64,000 nt of DNA from an uncultured Alistipes sp. (GTDB lineage: Bacteria; Bacteroidota; Bacteroidia; Bacteroidales; Rikenellaceae). The stretch is taken from NCBI GenBank assembly GCA_958449275.1, contig CAUDHE010000002.1, forward strand, positions 3,588 through 67,587, given 5' to 3'. The notes under the pieces were generated by a model. It ran no database searches, was not told where the DNA came from, and saw nothing but the letters and a program-made list of their open reading frames with translations. A program made the position numbers and the translations under genes. Below, in pieces: positions 55,923-64,000 of this stretch (position 1 is its first letter; the number at the start of each line of letters is the position of its first letter).

Positions 55923-57569
55923 ATGAAAATAATCGGAAAACTTTCGCTTCTCATAGCCTCGGCAGCCTTTGCGGGCACCGCCTCGGCGCAATACAGGTTC
56001 GGCGGACTGATGATGGACCACGACGGCATGATGTCGAACGACATGTATTCGCTCTCGCAGGCGGGCTTCGGATTCGGCACCGCCCGCTCGATGGGTATGG
56101 CCGGAGCATTCGCCTCGCTCGGCGGCGACGCGGCGTCGATGGGCATCAATCCCGCGGGACTGGGCATGTATCGCCACAACGAGGTGACGATAAGCCCGAT
56201 AATGGGGTTCAACAACGCGGTCAACAGCGCGGCCGACTGGGGCGACAACAAACAGAGCCGATTTGCGATGAGCAACATCGGCGCCGTGTTCAACGTCTAC
56301 GAAAGCAGCCGCACGCGACTGGTGAGCCTCAGCGTCGGAATAGGCTACAACCGAGTGGCCGACTTCAACTACCGCTACGGCTTCACGTCGGAAAGCGGCC
56401 CGTCGAACGCCCCCTACCGATCGATTAACGACGCGTTCTCGCGTCAGCTCGGGCAAGGCGGCATATTCCCCGACAAGAACGGCAATCTCAACTACGGTTA
56501 CGACATGGCTTACTACTGGGGCGGCGCACTGGCCTACAACGGCTATATGCTCGATACGGGCGAAGACGAATTCGGCCCCTATTGGACCACGGCCGACCGC
56601 CTTGGCGTAAATGCGAGCGTGGGCCACACGGCCGGCGTCGAGAGCCGCGGTTCGATAGGCGAATACGACATTGCGTTCGGATGCAATTTCGACAGCAAAT
56701 TCTACCTCGGCGCGACCATCGGTTTGCAGGCCGTAGACTGGAAACGCCAGTTCTACTACGGCGAGGACTACATCTATAACGGTGAAACGCCGGTCCGCTC
56801 GGACGGCACACCCCTGCAAACGCCCGCCAAATGGATGGATTACAATCAGGCCGTCGACGTGTCGGGCACGGGCGTAAACTTCAAACTGGGCTTCATCTGG
56901 CGTCCCATTCCCGCCCTGCGCGTAGGCGCGGCCTTGCATACGCCCACCTACTATTCGCTCAAGCGCAGCTATCAGGCATATGCCGCGACCAATTTCAATC
57001 CTAACGGCGACACCACGCCTTCGCTCGACGACGACGGCGACAATACGTGGGATTTTGTTTCGCCCACGCGCCTCATGTTCGGACTCTCGTACACCGTGGG
57101 CCGCTTCGCCATCATCTCGGCCGACTACGAACGCGACTGGTACAACGGCATGCGCGTGAAAAACATACCGTCGGGATTCGACCTCACGAAAGCCGACTAC
57201 CGTTCGGAGTTCACCAATAACTTCAAGGGTTCCAATACGCTGCGCGTCGGATTGGAGGTTAAGCCGCTGCCCGCATTAGCCCTGCGTGCGGGTTACGGTG
57301 TGGCCGATTCTATGCTCCGCAACGAAAAGGAGCTGTATTACAACTCGCCTCTCACATACAAGAGCACCTGCTGCTCGGGCGGTCTGGGCCTGGCTTTCGG
57401 CGGATTAAACGTCGATCTCACATATCAGTATCTCGAGAACAAGCAGACCGAGTATATGCTCTATTATGCGCTCGACAGCCGTTCGGGAACGTTCGACACG
57501 GCGAGCCCCGTCTATTCGACCGATCTGAAGCGCAACTACGTCATACTCTCCGTAGGATATAAATTCTGA
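55923..57569 (+). CDS. FadL/PorV-like outer-membrane beta-barrel protein
   Basis: Signal peptide MKIIGKLSLLIASAAFAGTASAQ, GFGTARSMGMAGAFASLGGDAASMGINPAGLG, C-terminal ...LSVGYKF. The ORF-track start 55914 is a GTG. Confidence 0.7.
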   Translation: MKIIGKLSLLIASAAFAGTASAQYRFGGLMMDHDGMMSNDMYSLSQAGFGFGTARSMGMAGAFASLGGDAASMGINPAGLGMYRHNEVTISPIMGFNNAVNSAADWGDNKQSRFAMSNIGAVFNVYESSRTRLVSLSVGIGYNRVADFNYRYGFTSESGPSNAPYRSINDAFSRQLGQGGIFPDKNGNLNYGYDMAYYWGGALAYNGYMLDTGEDEFGPYWTTADRLGVNASVGHTAGVESRGSIGEYDIAFGCNFDSKFYLGATIGLQAVDWKRQFYYGEDYIYNGETPVRSDGTPLQTPAKWMDYNQAVDVSGTGVNFKLGFIWRPIPALRVGAALHTPTYYSLKRSYQAYAATNFNPNGDTTPSLDDDGDNTWDFVSPTRLMFGLSYTVGRFAIISADYERDWYNGMRVKNIPSGFDLTKADYRSEFTNNFKGSNTLRVGLEVKPLPALALRAGYGVADSMLRNEKELYYNSPLTYKSTCCSGGLGLAFGGLNVDLTYQYLENKQTEYMLYYALDSRSGTFDTASPVYSTDLKRNYVILSVGYKF

Positions 57570-57586
57570 CATAGTCCGACCCGAAC

Positions 57587-58438
57587 ATGAAGAGACTCAA
57601 ATTTTTATTGGCGACGGCATTGGCCGCGGGGTTGTGCGGCTGCGGGTCCGAAGCGGAATTCCGCCTCGCATCGTACAACATACGCTATGACTCGCAGGCC
57701 GACGCGCAAAACGGCGACGGATGGGACGACCGCAAAGGCGCGGTCGCGGAAATGATACTGTCGCACGACATCGATATTGCGGGCACGCAAGAGGGCGATC
57801 GGCGGCAGCTCGACGATCTGCTGGCCCTCATGCCCGACTACGACTGCATCAGCCATCCCTACGGGGGCAAGAACGGCGATCTGCATAACTGTGCCACTTT
57901 CTATCGCCGCGACCGTTTCGAGGTGCTCGACGAGGGGACTTTCTGGTACAGCGAGACGCCCGACGAAAAGAGTCTCGGATGGGATGCCACCGATCTGCGC
58001 ATATGCAACTGGGGCAAATTTCGGGATAAGCGGTCGGGCAAGGAGTTCTATCTGTTCAATTCGCATTTCTACTGGCGCCTGAAAGAGGCCAAGCGCAATT
58101 CGGGCAAGGTGCTGTGCGACAAGATCGGGCAGTTGGCGGGCGATGTCGCGGTCATCTGTACGGGCGATTTCAATTCCACCGACGACACGCCGCAGATCAA
58201 GGATATCGAAAAGTTGCTGAGCGATGCCCGCCGCATAAGCGAAAGCCTCCCCACGGGACCTGAGAAGACCGATTTGGGCGGCGGCAACTTCCAAGGCGCG
58301 CCTAAGGCTCGTATAGACTACGTATTCGTGAACGGCCGCGTGAAGGTAGAGAGTTACGACGTGCCCGAGGATGTGCGCGAGAACGGCCATTATCCGTCGG
58401 ATCATCTGCCCGTGGTGTGCCGGCTCGCAATCGATTAA
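57587..58438 (+). CDS. Endonuclease/exonuclease/phosphatase (EEP) family lipoprotein, paralogue of 43432-44277
   Basis: Lipoprotein signal MKRLKFLLATALAAGLCGC. LASYNIR, GTQEG, SDHLPV. Confidence 0.88.
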   Translation: MKRLKFLLATALAAGLCGCGSEAEFRLASYNIRYDSQADAQNGDGWDDRKGAVAEMILSHDIDIAGTQEGDRRQLDDLLALMPDYDCISHPYGGKNGDLHNCATFYRRDRFEVLDEGTFWYSETPDEKSLGWDATDLRICNWGKFRDKRSGKEFYLFNSHFYWRLKEAKRNSGKVLCDKIGQLAGDVAVICTGDFNSTDDTPQIKDIEKLLSDARRISESLPTGPEKTDLGGGNFQGAPKARIDYVFVNGRVKVESYDVPEDVRENGHYPSDHLPVVCRLAID

Positions 58439-58503
58439 CCGCGTCCCGACGCGTGGCGATCAAAAAAACGGGCATCGGTTATACACGTTAAACAAAAAAA
58501 GGT

Positions 58504-58511
58504 TACTTTTG
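58504..58511 (+). promoter_or_regulatory. -7 box (TACTTTTG) for proS
   Basis: Exact TAnnTTTG match 99 nt upstream of the ATG at 58610. Confidence 0.45.
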
Positions 58512-58609
58512 TCATTCGGACGAAAGCGGCCTTTTTTTCGTATGCGGCGGTACGCGCGCCGAAAGCAAACAATACCTGATCTGAAAATTTCGAAATAAAA
58601 AAACGCAAT

Positions 58610-60094
58610 ATGGCAGTTGAACTTAAAGATCTGACCAAAGTCGAGGACAACTACTCGAAATGGTACAACGACCTGGTCGTGAAAGCGGGTCTGGCCGAAA
58701 ATTCGGCCGTAAGAGGATGTATGGTAATCAAACCCTACGGTTACGCCATCTGGGAGAAGATGCAGCGCGTGCTGGACGACATGTTCAAGCAGACGGGCCA
58801 CGAGAACGCCTATTTCCCGCTGTTCATCCCCAAATCGTTCTTCTCGCGCGAAGCGCACCACGTAGAGGGTTTCGCCAAGGAGTGCGCCGTGGTGACTCAC
58901 TACCGTCTGAAGAATGATCCCGACGGCAAGGGTATCGTGGTCGATCCCGCCGCCAAACTCGAGGAGGAACTTATAGTGCGTCCCACTTCGGAGACCATAA
59001 TCTGGAATACCTATAAGAACTGGATCACATCCTATCGCGACCTGCCCATACTCTGCAATCAGTGGGCCAACGTTGTGCGTTGGGAGATGCGCACCCGTCT
59101 GTTTCTGCGCACCGCCGAGTTCCTTTGGCAGGAGGGACACACGGCGCATGCCACCCGCGAGGAGGCTGTGGCCGAGGCCGAGAAGATGATACGTGTTTAC
59201 CAAAGTTTCGCCGAGGAGTGGATGGGCGTGCCCGTTATCGTGGGGCACAAGTCGCCCAACGAACGCTTTGCGGGCGCCGAGGATACTCTCACCATCGAAG
59301 CCCTGATGCAGGACGGCAAGGCTTTGCAGAGCGGCACCTCGCACTTCCTCGGACAGAACTTCGCCAAGGCTTTCGACGTGACGTATACCACCAAGGAGGG
59401 CGGTCAGGAGTATGTGTGGGCCACTTCATGGGGCGTGTCGACACGTCTGATGGGCGCGCTCATCATGGCGCATTCCGATAACAACGGTCTGGTGCTGCCG
59501 CCCAAACTCGCCCCGATTCAGGTGGCTATGGTCCCCATATACAAAGGCGCCGAGCAGCTTGCCGTCATGACCGAGAAGATGGAGGCGATAGCCGCCGAAC
59601 TGCGTGCCCGCGGCATCAGCGTGAAGGTCGACACTCGCGACAACGTGCGCTCGGGCTTCAAGTTCGCCGAATACGAGCTCAAGGGAGTGCCCGTGCGTCT
59701 GGCCCTCGGCCCGCGCGATCTTGAAAACGGTACCATCGAGCTGGCGCGCCGCGACACCCTTTCGAAAGAGACCGTGTCGCAGGAGGGACTGGCCGACCGT
59801 ATCGTTGCTCTCATGGACGAGATTCAGGCCAACATATTCCGCAAGGCACTCGATTACCGTACCTCGATGATTACGCGTGTCGATACTTGGGACGAGTTCG
59901 TCGACGTTCTCGACAACAAGGGCGGATTCATTTCGGCTCACTGGGACGGTAGCGTCGAAACCGAGGTGGCTATCAAGGAGGCCACCAAAGCCACCATCCG
60001 CTGTATCCCTCTCGACGCCGAAGAGGAGGAGGGCAAATGCGTCTATACGGGCAAGCCGTCGCATCGCCGCGTTCTTTTCGCCCGCAGCTATTGA
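58610..60094 (+). CDS. proS: Proline--tRNA ligase (archaeal/eukaryote-like type)
   Basis: 494 aa. [36 protein letters not shown]-terminal ...RVLFARSY. Confidence 0.96.
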   Translation: MAVELKDLTKVEDNYSKWYNDLVVKAGLAENSAVRGCMVIKPYGYAIWEKMQRVLDDMFKQTGHENAYFPLFIPKSFFSREAHHVEGFAKECAVVTHYRLKNDPDGKGIVVDPAAKLEEELIVRPTSETIIWNTYKNWITSYRDLPILCNQWANVVRWEMRTRLFLRTAEFLWQEGHTAHATREEAVAEAEKMIRVYQSFAEEWMGVPVIVGHKSPNERFAGAEDTLTIEALMQDGKALQSGTSHFLGQNFAKAFDVTYTTKEGGQEYVWATSWGVSTRLMGALIMAHSDNNGLVLPPKLAPIQVAMVPIYKGAEQLAVMTEKMEAIAAELRARGISVKVDTRDNVRSGFKFAEYELKGVPVRLALGPRDLENGTIELARRDTLSKETVSQEGLADRIVALMDEIQANIFRKALDYRTSMITRVDTWDEFVDVLDNKGGFISAHWDGSVETEVAIKEATKATIRCIPLDAEEEEGKCVYTGKPSHRRVLFARSY

Positions 60095-60119
60095 CGCTCC
60101 GTACACACCATCGAACAAT

Positions 60120-60155
60120 AAGGTCCGCCATGTCGGCGGACCTTGTTTTCGTTTA
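60120..60155 (+). terminator. Rho-independent terminator of proS
   Basis: aaggtccgcc-atgtc-ggcggacctt followed by GTTTTCGTTT. Confidence 0.8.
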
Positions 60156-60192
60156 TGCGACTCTCATGTCGTAACCCGCAGATATGCCCGAT

Positions 60193-60221
60193 AAAAAACC
60201 GCCCGAGGATTCTCGGGCGGT
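60193..60221 (-). terminator. Rho-independent terminator of the helical-repeat/DUF1080 gene
   Basis: Minus strand reads accgcccgag-aatc-ctcgggcggt, followed by TTTTTTAT. Confidence 0.8.
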
Positions 60222-60243
60222 AAGGTTTCGAATGCGGGAACCG

Positions 60244-63027
60244 TTACAACTCCTTGATACGCACGTTGCGCAGTTTGATACCCTGGCCGTGGCCGAGGAA
60301 TCCGATGTGGCCCTTCTTGTTGAACAGGCCCGGGTGATTGAGATGATCCACCGTGTAGGGGTTGTTGTTGCTGCCGTCGGGAGCCACGTTGTGACCCTTG
60401 CAGGCCTTGCGTATGTTGCCGTCGAGGATCACCTCGCCGTTGACGATCACGGTGATGTGGTCGCCCTTGGCACGGATCTCTTCGGTATTCCACACGCCCA
60501 GCTCGGGCGATACTATGCGCTTGGCGGGGATGATGCCGTATACCGAGCCGTGCACCTGATATTCACGCAGATTGGCGTATATCGGATCGTCGTGATCGAG
60601 GATCTGAATCTCCATGCCGTGGTATGCAGCGTCGACACCCATCGGGGTACGGATACCCACGCCGTTGTTGACGCCCGCGCGGTCGAAGTAGAACTCGAAG
60701 CGCAGTACGAAGTCGTCGTACTCCTTAACCGAATAGAGATTGCCCGTGCTGCCGTACGATGCGGTCACGTACATGTAACCGTCGATGGGCTGGTAAGCGG
60801 TGGTGTTACCCTGCCATTTGTCCATCGACACACCGTCGAAGAGCATTTCGAAGCCCTCGGCCTCCTCCTCGGGGGTGAGTTTCGACACGATCGAGTGCGA
60901 CTCGCGCTCCTTGTTCTCCGAGATGAATTTCTCGATGTCCTTACGCTTGTAAACGGCGTCGCCGTCGTTGAGCGTCGCGCCCACCTTTTCCAGCAGAGCC
61001 TTCACCTCGGCGCTGTAGAATTCGGGGTGCTTGGTGGCGATCTCCAGCACGGTGTTGGCCGCAGCCTGCGCCGTGGCTTCGGAGTCGAGATACTCGGCTG
61101 CGAGCATCATACCCTGGTAGGTCTGCGTGGCCGACAAGGCGCGCAGAGCATGGTTCTTGAGGTTCGTTATGGGATTGAGTTCGAGAGCCTGACGATATTT
61201 CATATATTTCTGCTCGCCGTTGAGCTTCGAAGCGCCTACCAGTCGGATGTAGTGGCTCAGAGCCGCATCCTTGAGGTCGACGTCCGACGCGGCTATGTCG
61301 TACATGGGCTGTATCATGGCGTCGTCGTTGACCATTGTCATGCCTGCGAAAGCGGCACTCTGCTTGTTGCCTGCCTTATATCCCTCTACCAGCATGGGGA
61401 TCACCTCGGCGGAACCCGTGGCTGCCAAGACGAGATAGTAGAGATGCTTGTTGTCGCCCGCCTTGGCCATGCGGGCCTTGATCATCTTCACTTGCTCGGC
61501 AGCAGGTTTGTCCTGAATGGCCTTGTTGACAGCCTTGCTTACGTTCTTTCCCGCCTCCAGCATGTTGCATACGGCGTCGAAATTCTTCTCGCTGACCACA
61601 TTGGGCAGAACTGCGATCGCAGCCTCGTCGCCCGCTTCGGCCGCGGCCAGAACCTTGGCGGCGGCCTCGGGGATGCGGCGGGTGTTCAGCACACCGTAAG
61701 CCACGGTTTTGCTCACCTTGTTACCGTCCAGAGCTTCGACAATACCGTCGTTGATTTTGCCGTTGAACGAGAGGAGCGCGTTGTGCGCCACGGTCAGCAA
61801 CTCGCTGTCCGAATAGTCGAGCGTCTCCACCTTGGCGAGGATGGCTTCGAGAGCTTTCTCGCCGCCTATGCGGCTCGCCGCCTCCATAGCCTCTACGGCC
61901 ACTTCCGCATTGGGATTCGAGATCTGCGCGCAAACGGCGTCGATCTGCGACTCGGCGTGGTTGGCGCCCAGCCAGTTGATTACGTCTATTTTGGCGGCGT
62001 CGTTCAGACGTGGCATGGCGGCAGCCACGGCGGCGTAGGTCTTGTCATTGGCGAACGCCTCGGCGGCACGCATGGCACCGTAACGGTACTCGCGGCACTT
62101 GTCCGAAAGAGCCTTCACCACCAGCGGAGTCACGGCCTCGCCCTTGAGCTGCACGAGCAGGTCGAGACCCGCCAGACGCACGTTGCTCTTGTCGAACTTC
62201 ATCATCTGCTTGGCGGCAGCCTCCACGGCCTTGGGGCTGTGCTTCATCAGGTGGCCGTTGAGCAGGATGAGGTATGCGCCGTAGGCATCGGTCGGCTCGA
62301 ATGTGTAACCCGCAGCTTTGGCGGCTGCGCCCAGCACTTTGGCCGATTTCTCGCCGCCGCTCAGAGCAAGCGCATTATAAATATGTACGGCCTCTTCGGG
62401 CGTGGCGGTTTTGGCCCACTCGATGAGGATATCCTCTGCCCCGTGGAAATGGTGCTTGTACGAGGCTATCTGTGCCAGCAGCGCTTTGCTCAGGCCGTTG
62501 GCATTCTGACTCTGCATGAGCTCCAGCACCTTGTCCTCGGTACCTGCGACCGACGCCAAAGCGCGGGCCGCGAAGTTGCCCAGATACTCGTCGCCGAGAA
62601 ACGAAGCGAAGAAATCGGCGTCGTCGGCCGTGGCGCACTCCTCGAGCACCGTCAGCAGGAACGCCTTGTTGGGATTGTCGCTCACCTTGGCCACGGCGGC
62701 TTTCAAGCCCTCGCGCACACCGCCGCGAAGCGATTCATGATCTTTCGACACGTATGCCGCCACGCCGTTCAGAGCGTATTCGATGGTCGAATTTTTCACA
62801 CCCTCGGCTGCGGGCTTGAGCATGGCGCCGAGCATCTCGATACCTTCGCTGCCCGTAGCGGCCAGCTCGCCCATGATCTGATTGTAGTTGTCGGGCGTCT
62901 CGGCGGGCAGTTGCGCCAGCGCGTCGGCGACGATGGTCGAAGCGACGCGGCCTCGCGCATCCTGAGCATGAACGGCCGAGAAGGCCATCGATGCCGCCAA
63001 GGTCAATATGATGAATAGTCTTTTCAT
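60244..63027 (-). CDS. Secreted protein with a ~690-aa alpha-helical (HEAT/ARM-like) repeat region fused to a C-terminal DUF1080 (3-keto-disaccharide-hydrolase-like) domain
   Basis: Signal peptide MKRLFIILTLAASMAFSAVHAQ. The C-terminus FEMLFDGVSMDKWQGN...LRFEFYF...NNGVGIR...EIQILD...HGSVYG...GHIGFLGHGQGIKLRNVRIKEL is DUF1080-like. ORF-track start 63447 overlaps the next gene. Confidence 0.8.
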   Translation of the reverse strand: MKRLFIILTLAASMAFSAVHAQDARGRVASTIVADALAQLPAETPDNYNQIMGELAATGSEGIEMLGAMLKPAAEGVKNSTIEYALNGVAAYVSKDHESLRGGVREGLKAAVAKVSDNPNKAFLLTVLEECATADDADFFASFLGDEYLGNFAARALASVAGTEDKVLELMQSQNANGLSKALLAQIASYKHHFHGAEDILIEWAKTATPEEAVHIYNALALSGGEKSAKVLGAAAKAAGYTFEPTDAYGAYLILLNGHLMKHSPKAVEAAAKQMMKFDKSNVRLAGLDLLVQLKGEAVTPLVVKALSDKCREYRYGAMRAAEAFANDKTYAAVAAAMPRLNDAAKIDVINWLGANHAESQIDAVCAQISNPNAEVAVEAMEAASRIGGEKALEAILAKVETLDYSDSELLTVAHNALLSFNGKINDGIVEALDGNKVSKTVAYGVLNTRRIPEAAAKVLAAAEAGDEAAIAVLPNVVSEKNFDAVCNMLEAGKNVSKAVNKAIQDKPAAEQVKMIKARMAKAGDNKHLYYLVLAATGSAEVIPMLVEGYKAGNKQSAAFAGMTMVNDDAMIQPMYDIAASDVDLKDAALSHYIRLVGASKLNGEQKYMKYRQALELNPITNLKNHALRALSATQTYQGMMLAAEYLDSEATAQAAANTVLEIATKHPEFYSAEVKALLEKVGATLNDGDAVYKRKDIEKFISENKERESHSIVSKLTPEEEAEGFEMLFDGVSMDKWQGNTTAYQPIDGYMYVTASYGSTGNLYSVKEYDDFVLRFEFYFDRAGVNNGVGIRTPMGVDAAYHGMEIQILDHDDPIYANLREYQVHGSVYGIIPAKRIVSPELGVWNTEEIRAKGDHITVIVNGEVILDGNIRKACKGHNVAPDGSNNNPYTVDHLNHPGLFNKKGHIGFLGHGQGIKLRNVRIKEL

Positions 63028-63053
63028 TGATCTGTTGTGTTTTTGGGTTAGCG

Positions 63054-64000
63054 TTAGATTTTCCACGGACCGCGCATGGGCTGGTCGATGAGCGCATTGG
63101 CGGCATCGTCGCCTATGAACTGCAATTTCACGGGGTCGAACTCGAGCGTGCGGTTCAGACGCAGTGCGCACACGCCCATGTTGACGATGGTAGCCGAACG
63201 GAAGCCGTTGATCTCGTTCAGGGCGAACTTCTCGCGAGTGTGGATACACTTGATGAAGTCGGTGTTCTGCGGTTCGGGATCGGGCAGCTCCGAGAGCTTG
63301 TCCATAACGTTGGGAATGGTGCAGTTGAAGCCTTGGTAAACCTTGCCCTTGGGACCCTCGATGTAGGGTGCTGTCGGGTCGCCGTGGGCCTCGCCCTGCA
63401 GGATGATCTGACAACCGTCGTCGTAGGTGTAGACGATCTTGCGCCACGTGCCTATGGCGTCGGGATGCTGCTGCGGAGCGTCCACCTCCACCTTCACGGG
63501 CGACGTATCGTCCTTGCCCAGAATGTACTGCACGGGGTCGATGTAGTGCTGACCCATGTCGCCCAGTCCGCCGCCGTCGTAATCCCAGTAACCGCGGAAG
63601 GTCTGGTGCGTACGGTGCTCGTTATAGGGTTTGTAGGGTGCCGGACCCAGCCACAGATCGTAGTCGAGCTGCTTGGGCACGGGCTGCGGAGCAAGATTTT
63701 CCTTGCCCACCCAGAAGAATTTCCAGTTGAAACCCGTGTAACCCGAGATGGTGACCTTCAGAGGCCAGCCGAGCATGCCGCTGTCGACGAGTTTCTTGAG
63801 CGGCTTCACCGTAGTTCCCAGCCCGTAGAAAGTATCCTTGAAACGGAACCACGTGTTGAGTCGGAATATGCGGTTGTTCTGACGAACGGCTTCCATCACT
63901 CGTTTGCCCTCGCCGATGGTGCGGGTCATGGGCTTCTCGCACCAGATGTCCTTGCCGGCTTTGGCGGCCTCCACGGCCATTATTCCGTGCCAGTGGGGCG
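63054..64000 (-). CDS. Gfo/Idh/MocA-family oxidoreductase (partial; N-terminus lies beyond the right edge)
   Basis: The frame stays open to the edge (...PHWHGIMAVEAAKAGKDIWCEKPMTR, the family's CEKP motif). C-terminal alpha/beta domain present. Confidence 0.85.
   Translation of the reverse strand, partial: PHWHGIMAVEAAKAGKDIWCEKPMTRTIGEGKRVMEAVRQNNRIFRLNTWFRFKDTFYGLGTTVKPLKKLVDSGMLGWPLKVTISGYTGFNWKFFWVGKENLAPQPVPKQLDYDLWLGPAPYKPYNEHRTHQTFRGYWDYDGGGLGDMGQHYIDPVQYILGKDDTSPVKVEVDAPQQHPDAIGTWRKIVYTYDDGCQIILQGEAHGDPTAPYIEGPKGKVYQGFNCTIPNVMDKLSELPDPEPQNTDFIKCIHTREKFALNEINGFRSATIVNMGVCALRLNRTLEFDPVKLQFIGDDAANALIDQPMRGPWKI

Noticed and set aside
60184-63018. 944-aa ORF on the plus strand, almost exactly mirroring the helical-repeat/DUF1080 gene
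   Set aside because: It is antisense to a gene with a clean signal peptide and a recognisable DUF1080 domain. Its translation is V/H/G/R/L-rich with no motifs. Long stop-free antisense frames are expected in GC-rich coding DNA.
1-64000. Scan for mobile elements, prophage, defence systems, toxin-antitoxin pairs, rRNA, CRISPR, and additional tRNAs
   Set aside because: No integrase, transposase, RT, Cas, restriction or TA-like translations appear in the six-frame track. No terminal inverted repeats bracket a gene block. Only one GGTTCGAATCC-type T-arm sits in a tRNA context. The other GGTTCGAA hit (26200) is an intragenic palindrome.

Overview
Gene-dense, visibly GC-rich 64-kb chromosomal segment. 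It reads as Bacteroidota: a SusC/SusD pair, many lipoprotein signal peptides, and exact TAnnTTTG -7 promoter boxes in front of most transcription units. The high GC hints at a Rikenellaceae/Alistipes-like Bacteroidales genome, but that is inference only. I call 51 CDS (2 partial at the window edges), one tRNA-Glu(CUC), about a dozen hairpin terminators and 20 promoter-box candidates. Recognisable content: a Bat/aerotolerance-type operon (moxR, DUF58, batD-like, TPR, batA, batB), leuS, pnp, rpsO, apbE, kbl, pfkA, folE, proS, corA, comEC, mqnA, a SusC/SusD pair and an ABC-2 exporter. I found no rRNA, CRISPR, integrase, transposase, reverse transcriptase or obvious prophage/defence genes. Best candidates for undescribed biology: (1) A same-strand cluster at 31.6-35.2 kb: VTC-domain protein, DUF4956 membrane protein, DUF2490 outer-membrane barrel and a plug-motif+TonB_C protein. 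It has the parts list of a trans-envelope, possibly polyphosphate-related, machine. (2) An extreme low-complexity lipoprotein at 54.5-57.6 kb, with 19 Trp in 88 residues followed by a ~165-aa S/N/R/G tail ending in RGG-like repeats, paired with its own FadL/PorV-like barrel. (3) A regulator-less, CAZyme-less SusC/SusD pair with a ~410-nt structured leader carrying a C10 tract and an operator-like palindrome. (4) G/C homopolymers of 9-10 nt found only in intergenic or promoter DNA. All family names come from motif recognition by eye on the supplied translations. No database search, RNA folding or statistics could be run.
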